Notes: generated from the sequence alone by a model not told the origin. Positions 47,020 to 57,535 are shown, counted from the first letter of the stretch. The stretch: DNA of 64,000 nt from an uncultured Candidatus Saccharibacteria bacterium (GCA_964371255.1 CAYJKV010000001.1:99140-163139), one strand, 5' to 3'. Numbers and translations are program-made.

Positions 47020-47252
47020 ATAAATAGGGGAGGTGACCAGAGGGTTTGGATTTATGGAGAAATCTCAATGACCAAGACACAATGACTAATGAATGGCCAA
47101 GTCCCAGGTTGCAATTAAGTTCAAATGTCAAAATCCAAATATCAAATCAAATCCAAATGTCCAATGACCAAAGTCCAATGACCAATCAAACCTTAATGAC
47201 CAATGACCAAGGTGAGAAAATACGAAAATAAAGGAATCCAGTTTCTGTCTGT

Positions 47253-50108
47253 TTGGTTAACTCACGTGGTCAAGTTAGGATGAGAATGATGTCTGGTGCA
47301 TGGTTAAATAAAATTGACTGGAAGAATGAGGGGGTAGCGCTGGTGATGATGGCGGCAACTTGGCTGGGATTTTTTTGGCGGCAGATTTTTCAGGGACTGG
47401 TATATTTCCAGGCTGATATTGGCGTTGTCTTTTATCCTTTGGAGTATGTGTATGGAGTTTTTCAGCATGCCCGGCAATTACCGGTTTGGAGCACTGAATT
47501 CGGTTTTGGTCATCCGCTTCTCGCCTGGGGCCAGCTAGGATTTTTTACACCGGTACATGTGGTGTTGAGAGAGATAGGATTACAGGCACTCAATGTAATC
47601 CAAGTGTCGATGATGGTGCATTTTGCTTTAGGGTTACTAGGGATGTACGTATGGTTGCGCAGGCGCCACTGCCATTCTTTAGCGGCGTCGTTGGGTGCAA
47701 TAGTTTTTGTATTTAATGGCTATAACGTCAGTCATATTTTGCACCTTAACTTTTTTATTGGTGTGATGTTGCTGCCGTGGGGGTTAGTCGCTCTAGACGG
47801 ACTGATAAGAAAAGTGACGGTAGTTAGAACGGCGTTACTGGGTGTGGTGGTAGCGGTTATTGTGTTGAGCGCGCACGCCCAGATAGCGTTGTACTGTCTG
47901 CTGTTAATAATGCTGGTTGGTGTGATTGTGATTAAACGTTGGACGGCGAAATTGATTTTGGGCTTGGCCACAGCAGCAATATTGGGTGTTTTATTATCAT
48001 CTTTGGCCTGGTTGCCACTATGGGAATTTTTGCCTTATCAAGACAGGACTGGCGGGATCACTACCCAGGAATTGTATAATTTCAGTTATCCCTGGTGGCA
48101 CGCTATCACCCTGGTACTGCCGACATACTTTGGGGATCTGGAGAGTTATTGGGGCGCCAATAGTTACTTGGAATTGGGGGCATATGTGGGATTATTACCC
48201 CTGCTATTGGCGGGGATGGGATTAACAGTTGGCAGATGGCGGCGTGATCGGGATAAGTGGGCAGCCGCAACATTATTGTTGGTGGGCGTGTTATTAATCC
48301 TAGGCCGTTATTCGTGGATATATCGCAACCTGGTCGAGAGAGGCTGGTGGCCGCCATTTACGGCGCCGAGCAGGTGGTTGCTGCTGGTCGTGTTTGGACT
48401 AGCCTGGCTGAGCGCACAGGGATTAAATAAATTTTATGAGCAGGGAAGGAGTAAGGAAGAGCTAATTAAAATTGGGGGAGGAATTCTATTGGTCCTGCTA
48501 ATTTTTCTGCCCTGGGGGATGAGCGAATATGCCACTAACTGGCAGAGTATTAATGCGGGGGAGGCGGGATTGGCTTTAATGGCATTAATCGTCGGTGGTT
48601 TGAGTTTAGTGATTGTTAGCAGACCGCTGTTGGTAAGATGGTGGTCCTTAATCGCGGTGGGATTGGCGGCCGTAACGTTGGTGTCTTTCGGGTGGCAATT
48701 GTACCCGCTGGTTGATCGGCAAGAGATATCCAAACAAACCGCATTAGCGGAAGAAGTTGCCGATTATAACAAACAACATATAGTGCCGGCTCGAATATAT
48801 AGCGATAAAGTGTTATTGCGAAAAGACAGGGCGATGCCGGCACCGCAGATCGAAATAAAGAGAACAGGCGAGTTGGGAAATAATCTTTGGGTGCAGCAAA
48901 GTATTCGGGCGGAAAAGAATGATTGGTCATGCGTGAATTTGGCGATTGAGTCGGATCGTATATCGGGCGGCATGATCGAGATGAGCATACTGAAGCAAGA
49001 TGGATTAGCTGTGGTCCGACAGGAAAGATTGCCAGCGGCGGCGATTACGGACGCCGGGCGACAAACTATTTGCTTCGAACCAATTAGAGACAGCGCTGGC
49101 CGTCAATATTGGATAACGTTCCGGTCGTTGCAGGAAGGAGGGCGTGTCCAGTTGTTCTACCAGGCGGGGGAAGGTGAGGTTTTTTATTTGGTACGGGTGG
49201 CACAACCGACGGAGAAACAACTGGCACAGTCGAAGAAAGACGCACGTCTAGTAATGGAATTACTATATGGACCGGAGGCTAATGATGAGCACAGGCTCAT
49301 GACCAGGCATTTGAACGCCATCGTTGGAGCTAGCAGTGCGCGATGGATTGGTTCAATTTCAATCAAGCGATATCGGGATTTTGTGAAGGAGTTGTTTGCT
49401 AACGATCGGGACACAGTGGACGGAGATGGCCAGCATGTACTGGTGAGAAACAGGAAACTTTTCGACTTAGCCGGCGTGACGCATTTCGCGCAGCGGCTGG
49501 AAGAAGGGGCAACCGACGCTATGCCGGATAACGGTTTTCGCACTGTGAAGGAAGAAAAAGTGCGGGGGATTACCTACCGGTTATATGAAAACGAACAGGT
49601 TTACCCCAGGGCTTTTATCGTTCCGAAGGCAATAATTGAAACAAATCAGCAGGCAATTTTAACGGCTATGAGCCGTGAAGGTTTTGATCCCCGTCAGACG
49701 GTTTATTTAGAAGATCCATCCGGCCAGCTGACAGTCAGTGACGGGATGGCGGGAGGGGGAGGATCTGGTGAGGTTAAAGTAATAAAATACGAGCCGACAA
49801 GGATTGATGTGCGCGTGGATATTAATCAGGCGAGCTGGCTGGTACTGACTGACTCATATACTCCATTGTGGGGGGCGTTCGTGGATGATAAACCGACGAA
49901 GCTGTTTATTGCGGACCAATTGTTTCGGGCGACGCCGGTGCCGGCCGGCGAGCATGTAGTATCTTTTAGGTATAAATCGCCGATGGCAGCACGAGCCGTG
50001 CAATTAACATACGGAGGGATATTCTTAGTGCTGCTCTTATTTGCATTGAATATATTGAATATGCGAAACTGGCAGCATGACAAAAATACAACTGCAGACG
50101 GAGATTAA
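47253..50108 (+). CDS. large polytopic membrane protein, YfhO-like (putative lipid-linked glycosyltransferase)
   Basis: 951 aa with at least 12 TM helices in the first ~450 aa, then a large extracytoplasmic domain with a terminal TM. The architecture matches the YfhO family. Confidence 0.45.
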   Translation: MVNSRGQVRMRMMSGAWLNKIDWKNEGVALVMMAATWLGFFWRQIFQGLVYFQADIGVVFYPLEYVYGVFQHARQLPVWSTEFGFGHPLLAWGQLGFFTPVHVVLREIGLQALNVIQVSMMVHFALGLLGMYVWLRRRHCHSLAASLGAIVFVFNGYNVSHILHLNFFIGVMLLPWGLVALDGLIRKVTVVRTALLGVVVAVIVLSAHAQIALYCLLLIMLVGVIVIKRWTAKLILGLATAAILGVLLSSLAWLPLWEFLPYQDRTGGITTQELYNFSYPWWHAITLVLPTYFGDLESYWGANSYLELGAYVGLLPLLLAGMGLTVGRWRRDRDKWAAATLLLVGVLLILGRYSWIYRNLVERGWWPPFTAPSRWLLLVVFGLAWLSAQGLNKFYEQGRSKEELIKIGGGILLVLLIFLPWGMSEYATNWQSINAGEAGLALMALIVGGLSLVIVSRPLLVRWWSLIAVGLAAVTLVSFGWQLYPLVDRQEISKQTALAEEVADYNKQHIVPARIYSDKVLLRKDRAMPAPQIEIKRTGELGNNLWVQQSIRAEKNDWSCVNLAIESDRISGGMIEMSILKQDGLAVVRQERLPAAAITDAGRQTICFEPIRDSAGRQYWITFRSLQEGGRVQLFYQAGEGEVFYLVRVAQPTEKQLAQSKKDARLVMELLYGPEANDEHRLMTRHLNAIVGASSARWIGSISIKRYRDFVKELFANDRDTVDGDGQHVLVRNRKLFDLAGVTHFAQRLEEGATDAMPDNGFRTVKEEKVRGITYRLYENEQVYPRAFIVPKAIIETNQQAILTAMSREGFDPRQTVYLEDPSGQLTVSDGMAGGGGSGEVKVIKYEPTRIDVRVDINQASWLVLTDSYTPLWGAFVDDKPTKLFIADQLFRATPVPAGEHVVSFRYKSPMAARAVQLTYGGIFLVLLLFALNILNMRNWQHDKNTTADGD

Positions 50109-51366
50109 GGAAAATGTAAGCACACGGGAAACTTGCCGAGTTTGCGGGCAGGGAAATATGCAGCCGGTCTTAACCTTGGGCGAGCATAGCGTATCGACTT
50201 TTGTGACGAATATGGATGAAGAAGCGGTGAAAGCGCCGTTGGAGTTAGTGCTTTGTGATAGCGGAGCGGGCGGGTGCGGTTTATTACAATTGAAACATAC
50301 GGTGGACAACGAAGTGATGTACCGAAATTATTGGTATCGTTCGGGGGTTAACCAGACGATGATCGCGGCACTGGGAGATATCGCGCACCGGACTGAAGAA
50401 ATGGTTGCACTGAAACCGGGTGACGTGGTGATAGATATCGGTAGCAACGATAATACTTTGCTGAAATCCTATTCCGTCAAAGGTTTACAGTCGATTGGCT
50501 TTGAACCGGCCCGCTCAATTTTGCCCTATGCGAAAGAGGGCGCGACCAGGGTAGTTAATGATTTTTTTTCCCGGGAAGGCGTGGCCGCGTTGAACCTGAG
50601 CAGTCCGGTTAAAGTAATAACAGCCATCGCCATGTTTTATGATCTGGAGGATCCGAATAAATTTGTCGGGGACATGAAAAGCTGTCTGGCCGACGACGGG
50701 ATGATCGTGATCCAGCAAGCATACTTACCGGTCATGTTAAGAGATAATATTTTTGATAATATCTGCCATGAACACTTGGAATATTATTCTCTGTTATCGA
50801 TGGAGGCTTTGTTTGGCCGACATGGTCTGGAAGTGGTTGATGTGGAATTAAATGATGTGAATGGGGGCAGTTTCCGGACCTATATTACGCATCAGGGGGG
50901 TCAAGTGAAGCATCTGCAACCGGGGGCGCAAGAGCGACTAGAGCAAATGCGGCAAACGGAACGAGCGATGCGACTGGGGAGCAGGCAAGTGTACTTAGAT
51001 TTTGCTGCCCGAGTGGAAAATATAAAGCGGCAGGTGACAGCCTTTGTTAAGAGTGAAGTAGCAACCGGTAAAAAAGTATATGTTTATGGCGCGTCAACAA
51101 AAGGGAATACTTTGTTACAATATTGCGGTTTAGATGATAGTCTGATTACGGCGGCAGCGGACAGAAATCCAGACAAGTGGGGTCGCAGGACAGTCGCGAC
51201 CAATATTCCGATAGTTTCAGAAGCTGAGGCACGCGCCGCGAAGCCGGATTATTTTTTGGTATTACCCTGGCATTTTATGGCGGAGTTCAAGCAAAGGGAG
51301 CAAGCCTGGCTTAATGGAGGCGGCAAGTTTATTGTGCCGCTGCCCCAGTTTGATGTGATAAGTTGA
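50077..51366 (+). CDS. SAM-dependent sugar C-methyltransferase (TylCIII/NovU-like)
   Basis: N-terminal zinc-binding CRVCGQ...C domain, SAM motif VVIDIGSNDNTLL, and a C-terminal C-methyltransferase domain. 429 aa. Confidence 0.65.
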   Translation: MTKIQLQTEIKENVSTRETCRVCGQGNMQPVLTLGEHSVSTFVTNMDEEAVKAPLELVLCDSGAGGCGLLQLKHTVDNEVMYRNYWYRSGVNQTMIAALGDIAHRTEEMVALKPGDVVIDIGSNDNTLLKSYSVKGLQSIGFEPARSILPYAKEGATRVVNDFFSREGVAALNLSSPVKVITAIAMFYDLEDPNKFVGDMKSCLADDGMIVIQQAYLPVMLRDNIFDNICHEHLEYYSLLSMEALFGRHGLEVVDVELNDVNGGSFRTYITHQGGQVKHLQPGAQERLEQMRQTERAMRLGSRQVYLDFAARVENIKRQVTAFVKSEVATGKKVYVYGASTKGNTLLQYCGLDDSLITAAADRNPDKWGRRTVATNIPIVSEAEARAAKPDYFLVLPWHFMAEFKQREQAWLNGGGKFIVPLPQFDVIS

Positions 51367-51400
51367 TAGTAATGATGGGTGGCGTCGAACGAAGCGCGAT

Positions 51401-52105
51401 CTAGCCAAACTTAATTTTCCAGGGCAGCAACACAGAATCGAGAATGATTTTATTTGTCATCTTGGACTCGCCTTGGTGGCGCTTTGGCCATTTAACCGGA
51501 TGCTCCCTGAGCTTAAAACCTTGTTGCGTGAGTTTGAATTTTAATTCAAAGAGAAAACCATAGCCGTCGGAGCGAAATTGATCAAGATTAATGGCGCGAA
51601 GAACGTGAACCGGTAAAGCCAGATAGCCGGTGGTACAGTCGCGGATTTGCAAACCTAGGATGGTTTGAACATAGCGCTGGGCGAAACGGCTAAGGAGCTG
51701 CCGCCATAAAGAAATGCCAGGAAAAGTGGTGCCAGGCGCGTGACGAGAACCCAAGGATACGTCCGCCCCATGGTCAAGCAGGGCAAGGAGGTGCGGGATT
51801 TCTTGCGGATCATGCGAGAAATCCGCATCCATAGTGATGACTGTGTCATGGGCATTGCTTTTCAGAACGCGGCGAAACCCGTCCAGATAAGACTTAGCAA
51901 AACCGCGGTCAGATAGGCGGACTAAGATGTCCAGGTGGGGATATTTTATTTGAAGTGATTTAACGATCGCGGCCGTGCCATCTGGCGAATTGTCGTCAAT
52001 TACCAAAATGGACAGGTTGGGATTAACTGTAAAGGTGCGCTCAATAATGAGCTTAATATTCTTGGCTTCGTTATAAGTGGGAATTAGGACAATGGGTTTG
52101 TGCAT
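51401..52105 (-). CDS. GT2 polyprenol-phosphate mannose synthase (Dpm1/Ppm1-like)
   Basis: IVLIPTYNEAKNI...LVIDDNSPDGTAAI...ITMDADFSHDPQ are canonical DPM1-type GT2 motifs (DxD, DAD). 234 aa. Confidence 0.8.
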   Translation of the reverse strand: MHKPIVLIPTYNEAKNIKLIIERTFTVNPNLSILVIDDNSPDGTAAIVKSLQIKYPHLDILVRLSDRGFAKSYLDGFRRVLKSNAHDTVITMDADFSHDPQEIPHLLALLDHGADVSLGSRHAPGTTFPGISLWRQLLSRFAQRYVQTILGLQIRDCTTGYLALPVHVLRAINLDQFRSDGYGFLFELKFKLTQQGFKLREHPVKWPKRHQGESKMTNKIILDSVLLPWKIKFG

Positions 52106-52208
52106 ATGGCTAAAGGTATAGTATAACGGGCGATTGGAAAAATATCCCAGGGAAACCAGGCGCTAGATGCCAATGGACGCAGGACCGGAATGTCATCATA
52201 CTTAAGGC

Positions 52209-52736
52209 GTGAGTCATAAACGACATCAGAGATATTGGCAGCGTTTTTTATTGCCGGGAGAAAATGTGATCTTTTGTTTTGGAGTGAGTAGCGCATATCT
52301 AACTATCTTTTGGCTGTTACCAGCAGTAACGATGACGGTGATTGCCGGCTATGCTGCTACAATTAATATCATGCTTGGTTTATTGCTGAGTTTGGTGGCC
52401 GCCGCGGTTTATCTGCCAATAATTTATCAGAGATATTTTATTCATTACGCGATTACTGATCGCCGTGTCATGACGAGAGAAGGGCTTTTGCATAAAACAT
52501 TTGTGACGGCGGATCTGCCGTCGGTGACGGATATCACTATTAATGAATCTTTTCTAGAAAGAATTTTTACGCGGACTGGAGTGATTGGCATTAACACTGC
52601 CGGCAGCAATCATGTGGAGTTACATTTTGATCATGTCAAAAGACCGTTTGTGCTGCGAAAAGAGATTTACCGTAATCAATACAAGGTAATTGAGGAAAGG
52701 AAATTAGCATCTTTGCAAAAGGGCGGATTCAATTAG
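52209..52736 (+). CDS. membrane protein with bacterial PH (YdbS/DUF304-like) domain
   Basis: Two N-terminal TMs, then IHYAITDRRVMTREGLLHKTFVTADLPSVTDITINESFLERIFTRTGVIGINTAG, typical bPH_2. Confidence 0.5.
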   Translation: MSHKRHQRYWQRFLLPGENVIFCFGVSSAYLTIFWLLPAVTMTVIAGYAATINIMLGLLLSLVAAAVYLPIIYQRYFIHYAITDRRVMTREGLLHKTFVTADLPSVTDITINESFLERIFTRTGVIGINTAGSNHVELHFDHVKRPFVLRKEIYRNQYKVIEERKLASLQKGGFN

Positions 52737-52862
52737 AGGCCAAGTAGAAAGCAATGGGGAGTATGTCCTATTCTGTCTTGTCTGATTGCAAAACTTAGAA
52801 ATATGGTGAGGGGCTTAAATATGTGAGTATTTAGCCTTTTTTATTATTTGGGCAATCAGCCC

Positions 52863-52891
52863 TTGACTTAACTATCGTAATGGTGTATACT
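52863..52891 (+). promoter_or_regulatory. strong sigma70-type promoter
   Basis: TTGACT, then a 17-nt spacer, then TATACT. Confidence 0.55.
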
Positions 52892-52897
52892 ACTTAG

Positions 52898-53112
52898 TTG
52901 TTCGTTGACAACTTGTCTCTTGCTAATAAAAGCGATCTTGTGGACGATGATCGCGGCGAGCTTGTGCCTGTCCCGTCAATTACCTAACGTCCAGCTGACT
53001 TTGCTTCAGAAGGGAGCTGAATGACCTTGGTGCTAAAGGTTTGAAGATCGGCTGGCAGATACGCAGTAAACCTGTGTGTTTTTACGCTTATAGCACACGC
53101 AAGCGTTTTTTA
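52898..53112 (+). ncRNA. candidate small RNA or structured 5' leader
   Basis: About 215 nt with no convincing ORF. It lies between the strong promoter and a hairpin plus T-run at 53082-53110 (ACGCTT...AAGCGTTTTTTAT). Its identity is unknown. Confidence 0.3.
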
Positions 53113-53155
53113 TGACAATGGGTGGTGCTCGCAATAAGTCTATTGTGTCCGAACT

Positions 53156-53854
53156 GTGTTGAACTTGTTGAACTTATCGAAGGGTATTGCAATGTTGATC
53201 CAGAATATTCAGACAGCGTGTCGGGGAAGGAATGGGAACGGAAGCCGGTGCCGACACATGGTAAGTGGTTACGGTGTTTGTGCGCAGCACGACGGCACAG
53301 AGCTTGTTGGGCCTCCCGGAGTGATCTTATTGAAGGCGAGGATTAATCGGAAGAGAGTGGAGGCTTTGGTGAAAGCAGGGGTGCGAGAGAAGAAGCGTGA
53401 TGAGAATAGCCTGGATGCCAAGCATTCCGCAGAAGCTCAGGCTTTGGAACGACAACCCCAAGCATATCGTGACAAGGCCGACAGCGGTGTGCCAGTGTTC
53501 GGAAAAGATGGCGCTAAGGGTGTAGCAGTGGATGACGTGTGGGTGTCTTTGGAGAGGGTCGGCTATACGACCACGGACGCTCACTTTTATCGTCAGGACA
53601 AGGATGCGCAAAGCGGCATGGCGACGGTGACTGTTGAATTTATGCTCGGTGAGCATGATGAGATTGATGATAAGGCGGCTGCTGCGTGCTGGGCGTGTTT
53701 CTGCGAGAGCTACGGGTTTGTACATGTGTGGAGTAATCCACCAAAACTTGGCATCGGTCCGACTTGTACGGTCAACTGCTCTCATCGTCAAGAAGTTCCA
53801 CCACAAGCTCGGCTCGTGTGGGACGAAGGTTTCTGGGCGCTGGAAGAAGTATAG
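53156..53854 (+). CDS. hypothetical protein
   Basis: 232 aa. Contains CRGRNGNGSRCRH...C..H and CWACFCESYGFVHVW cysteine clusters. The start is uncertain. Confidence 0.4.
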   Translation: MLNLLNLSKGIAMLIQNIQTACRGRNGNGSRCRHMVSGYGVCAQHDGTELVGPPGVILLKARINRKRVEALVKAGVREKKRDENSLDAKHSAEAQALERQPQAYRDKADSGVPVFGKDGAKGVAVDDVWVSLERVGYTTTDAHFYRQDKDAQSGMATVTVEFMLGEHDEIDDKAAAACWACFCESYGFVHVWSNPPKLGIGPTCTVNCSHRQEVPPQARLVWDEGFWALEEV

Positions 53855-53925
53855 ACTGAGCTGTGACCTGTGTTCTTTGTAGAGTTGTTACATACCCCCA
53901 CCTTTTTTCCAAAAGGTGGGTTTTT

Positions 53926-55329
53926 TTATTTGGAAGAGTTGAATGGTAACTGGGGTGTGAATTGTAACACATCAAGAGCGGCTTTAACCGATCCAGTGCC
54001 TAGCACAGATTTAGTGTCGACAAAGTCTTGCTTGACCCAAGAAGGGACGGGCGTGCCCTCGTATAGGTTGAATAATGATAGGAGAAAGGTAGTAGCATAG
54101 GATGCTTTCGGTAGGGTAAAGGAAAGTATAACACCCGCGGGTACGCTTTTTATGTGATGAAGTTGGGGTTTAATATACGGTTGGATGCTCCTTTCTTTTT
54201 GTTGGAAATAAGGAAGCTGGCTCAGGTGTTTGGCGTAATCGTTGATGGCGTGCTTGTTCAGATAACTGCGATATAACTGGTCTGCTTCGGGGCCGCTTAG
54301 TGGCAGGGGGAGGGGGGAGGGTACCGAGTTGGGTTGTTGGCGGGCATGCGATAATAGATGGTTAACTAGAAAACTGACGTAGCCATAGATCCAGAAACGA
54401 ACCTGGTCTTGGATGGACATTAAGGCTTTAAGGTTGTTGCCTGGATGATCAATTAATGTTTCCAGGACGGTACATTCGTGCCGCAGGGAGTAGGCAAGCA
54501 GATCAAAGGCTTGGCGCATGGCTGGCCAATCGCCATAAGATTTGGCAGCTGCTTGTCTGACCTCCCGATAGATTGGGGTATCGAAGGGGCCTGGTTGTAT
54601 CAGAAACATTTTAATGGCATCAGAGAAACGTCCCTGGCAAAGCAGCCGGCCTAATTGCGGATTAAGAAGACGATGGCCAAAGCGTTGCACACCATAAAAG
54701 TTGGCATAACCGGACTGCGCCAGATTAGATATTCGATCCGCCAGGGCCTGTTCATTGGCAGGTGCATCGGTGCGAATTAAAATAGTGAATTTGTTGCCTT
54801 GTAATTGACCGACAGCGATCGCTCCTTTCCCGGCGTGTTGAGGCTTGACGAAAAAGTTTGTAATTAGATCTTGATTAACTTTGTTCCAATTGGCCCCCCG
54901 GATACTGATTCTTTGGCTGGTGATGGCGCTGGCATCCTTAATACCGGCGTAGCCAATTTTTTCCGGCTGGACATGCAAGGCCATGGCCAATTGCTGGACG
55001 GCTTCAGGTGTCCCGAGTGCTACTTTGACCAAGTCGGCATACAGGGTGGGCAAAGTAAGATCGACGTCGGGGTCAGACGAGGCTGGTTCAATAGTGGCTG
55101 TTTGGTGGTCGTGACATAACTCTTCAACGATAAAGTCAGTGGGAAAAAGTCTGATATAACCACTCGGCCGAGCTGATAGACCGGTAATGCCAATGTGTTG
55201 TAAGATGTCATCTGGATTGATTGAAGTCGGGCGGCTGAATTTTTCGGGGTGTTTAGCTTGAAGGCCGGCCAAGCGCTGTTGTTGTTGGTCGCGGCGGGAA
55301 GTTAAACTGGGTCTTTGTTTATTCATCAA
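53926..55329 (-). CDS. truD: tRNA pseudouridine(13) synthase
   Basis: Motifs FPTDFIVEE, AGIKDASAITSQ and YANFYGVQRFG match the TruD catalytic signatures. 467 aa. Confidence 0.75.
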   Translation of the reverse strand: MMNKQRPSLTSRRDQQQQRLAGLQAKHPEKFSRPTSINPDDILQHIGITGLSARPSGYIRLFPTDFIVEELCHDHQTATIEPASSDPDVDLTLPTLYADLVKVALGTPEAVQQLAMALHVQPEKIGYAGIKDASAITSQRISIRGANWNKVNQDLITNFFVKPQHAGKGAIAVGQLQGNKFTILIRTDAPANEQALADRISNLAQSGYANFYGVQRFGHRLLNPQLGRLLCQGRFSDAIKMFLIQPGPFDTPIYREVRQAAAKSYGDWPAMRQAFDLLAYSLRHECTVLETLIDHPGNNLKALMSIQDQVRFWIYGYVSFLVNHLLSHARQQPNSVPSPLPLPLSGPEADQLYRSYLNKHAINDYAKHLSQLPYFQQKERSIQPYIKPQLHHIKSVPAGVILSFTLPKASYATTFLLSLFNLYEGTPVPSWVKQDFVDTKSVLGTGSVKAALDVLQFTPQLPFNSSK

Positions 55330-55361
55330 TTAGGTATACTAGAATTAAGAATAGATAAAAT

Positions 55362-57065
55362 ATGTTAAATCTGGAAGAAAATATTAAGGACGATATTAAG
55401 CAAGGTCTGGAACAGGCTAAAAAAAAGCTGCGCTGGCCGGATGGTGTTGATGATATTAGTTTGGTCGTGGAGAGACCAGCTAAGGGAGATCGAGGCGATT
55501 ACGCGTCGCCCGTGGCATTATTGCTGACCAAGATCGTCGGTAAACCGCCGATGGAGATCGTAAAAATAATCGCCGAGCATATGCCGAAGAAGGAATATGT
55601 AGGCCGGATCAAAGCGGCAGCACCGGGGTACTTGAATATCTGGCTGAACCCAGGCTGGATGACGGCGCGCTTAAATAATTTAATTCAAGATAACGTGTGC
55701 GATACGGTTAAGGCGGGAGAGGGGAAAAGCGTGAACCTGGAATTTATTTCTGCCAACCCGACGGGACCGCTGACCTTAGGCAATGTGCGGTCGGCGTTTA
55801 GTGTTGATACTTTAGGCAAGGTACTGGAATGCGCCGGATTCAATGTGACGCGGGAATATTATTTTAATGATACTGGTGCTCAGGTGAAGAAATTGGGTGA
55901 GTCAATTATGCGGAGAATCCTGCAGCAAGCAGGAGAGCAGGTGGATTATGGGGAGGGCTTATATCAAGGCGAATATATTATAGAGCTGGGGAAAGAGGTG
56001 GCAGAAGGTTTGAAAGAAAATGAGAATAAGGAGCTGACGCACGCAGATTTAGCGGGTGGCCAGATGATAGAAAAAGTCGGCAGCATAGCGGCGATGCGGT
56101 TGATGGGTGATATCAAGCGGACAATCGCGGAGGACTTGAAAATTGAGTTTGATGTCTGGACGTCAGAGGAGGACTTGCGCCAGAAGGGGAAAGTGGCGGA
56201 AGTAATAGAGAAGTTAAAGCAAAGCGACAAGGTTTACAAAAAAGACGGGGCCTGGTATTTGAAAACCACTGACTATGGGGACAGTGAAGACCGGGTGGTC
56301 ATAAAAAGCGATGGCGAGTATGCGTATATCGCACCGGATATCGCGTACCACCAGGATAAATATGATCGGGGTTTCGATGAAATATTTACGTTTGTCGGCG
56401 CGGACCATCAGGGACATTTGCCAAAAGTGAAAGCAGCGATGGAAGCGCTGGGGAATGATGTTAATAAATTACACCAGGTGACCAATCAGTGGCTCCGCAT
56501 GATTAAAGACGGCAAGTCTGTGAAATTATCGAAGAGGGCAGGGCAGATAGTGACGCCAAAGGACTTAATAGACGAAGTGGGTTATGATGCGACGCGGTTT
56601 TTTATGGTCCAGTACGCGTTGAACACGCACATGGATTTTGATATCGGCATAGCCAAAGAGCGAAGTGAAAGAAACCCAGTCTATTATGTGCAGTACGCGT
56701 ATGTCAGGCTGCAGTCTATTTTACGACAAGCGAAAGAGCGGGCGGTTATTAATGAAGTCGGCGAAGTGTTCGATCTGTCGAACAGCCCAGCCTTAACGCA
56801 CGTGCAGGAACTGAATTTAATGAGGCAGCTGTATCGCCTGCCGGAGGTTATCGCGGGAGTAGCCAATAGGTTTGAGGTGCATGACCTGCCCTATTTTGCT
56901 ATGGAGTTAGCGAAGGCAATCCACGTGTTTTATAAACATGTACCGGTGTTGGCCGGTGAGGACCAGGAATTGATTAAGAATCGTCTGCAGTTGGTTTTAG
57001 CAGCCCGGCAAGTGATGGGGAAAATATTGGACTTGATCGGAGTGGGCAAGCCGGATGTGATGTAA
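55362..57065 (+). CDS. argS: arginyl-tRNA synthetase
   Basis: Class I HIGH-region ISANPTGPLTLGNVRSA and KMSKS-like VKLSKRAG. The C-terminal DALR anticodon-binding domain ends in DVM. 567 aa. Confidence 0.9.
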   Translation: MLNLEENIKDDIKQGLEQAKKKLRWPDGVDDISLVVERPAKGDRGDYASPVALLLTKIVGKPPMEIVKIIAEHMPKKEYVGRIKAAAPGYLNIWLNPGWMTARLNNLIQDNVCDTVKAGEGKSVNLEFISANPTGPLTLGNVRSAFSVDTLGKVLECAGFNVTREYYFNDTGAQVKKLGESIMRRILQQAGEQVDYGEGLYQGEYIIELGKEVAEGLKENENKELTHADLAGGQMIEKVGSIAAMRLMGDIKRTIAEDLKIEFDVWTSEEDLRQKGKVAEVIEKLKQSDKVYKKDGAWYLKTTDYGDSEDRVVIKSDGEYAYIAPDIAYHQDKYDRGFDEIFTFVGADHQGHLPKVKAAMEALGNDVNKLHQVTNQWLRMIKDGKSVKLSKRAGQIVTPKDLIDEVGYDATRFFMVQYALNTHMDFDIGIAKERSERNPVYYVQYAYVRLQSILRQAKERAVINEVGEVFDLSNSPALTHVQELNLMRQLYRLPEVIAGVANRFEVHDLPYFAMELAKAIHVFYKHVPVLAGEDQELIKNRLQLVLAARQVMGKILDLIGVGKPDVM

Positions 57066-57202
57066 CGGAAAAGCACAAAGTACTGGCGAAGCGATTTTCC
57101 ATAGCGTCCCAGAATATGCGATGTTTGCCAGCGGTATAATATGTCCGAAGGGTGGCCGCTGGCAAATATGGGTAAGGGCTCAGCCGAGCCGCATACACAC
57201 GA

Positions 57203-57535
57203 TTAAGTGATGTTGTATTTGTTTATTTTTAATACGATATATCCAGCTAGTGTGTAAAGTAAAATACTAGTTATCCCGAGGAAGAAATAATTTGCATAAG
57301 CCGAATCGGAGGACAGGAGTCGAGATAGCTGCACACTTGGTATGAGTGGTATTGCTAAGAATCCCGTAAAACATGAATCCGCGGTCGTGATAACTGCTGG
57401 TGAGCCTAGATGATCATAGCCGAAAGCACTACATCCCGCTATCTCTTGATGAATTACAGGAATAAAACCAACGAGCGTCAGGATGATCGCGATGTAAATT
57501 ATTTTTTTCATAGTTTTTAACGTTAATAAATACAA
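57203..57535 (-). CDS. hypothetical membrane protein
   Basis: 110 aa with two TMs, in an AT-rich segment. Confidence 0.3.
   Translation of the reverse strand: MYLLTLKTMKKIIYIAIILTLVGFIPVIHQEIAGCSAFGYDHLGSPAVITTADSCFTGFLAIPLIPSVQLSRLLSSDSAYANYFFLGITSILLYTLAGYIVLKINKYNIT

Noticed and set aside
47046-47231. 61-aa ORF rich in MTNDQ
   Set aside because: It lies inside the cluster of CAATGACCAA repeats. The apparent protein is a translation of the DNA repeat, so this is probably not a gene.
52898-53112. Identification of the candidate sRNA specifically as SRP RNA (ffs)
   Set aside because: Only a partial resemblance to the domain-IV GGAAGGAAGCAGC / GGCAGAUGACGCG elements, and with incorrect spacing. 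Kept only as an unnamed candidate.
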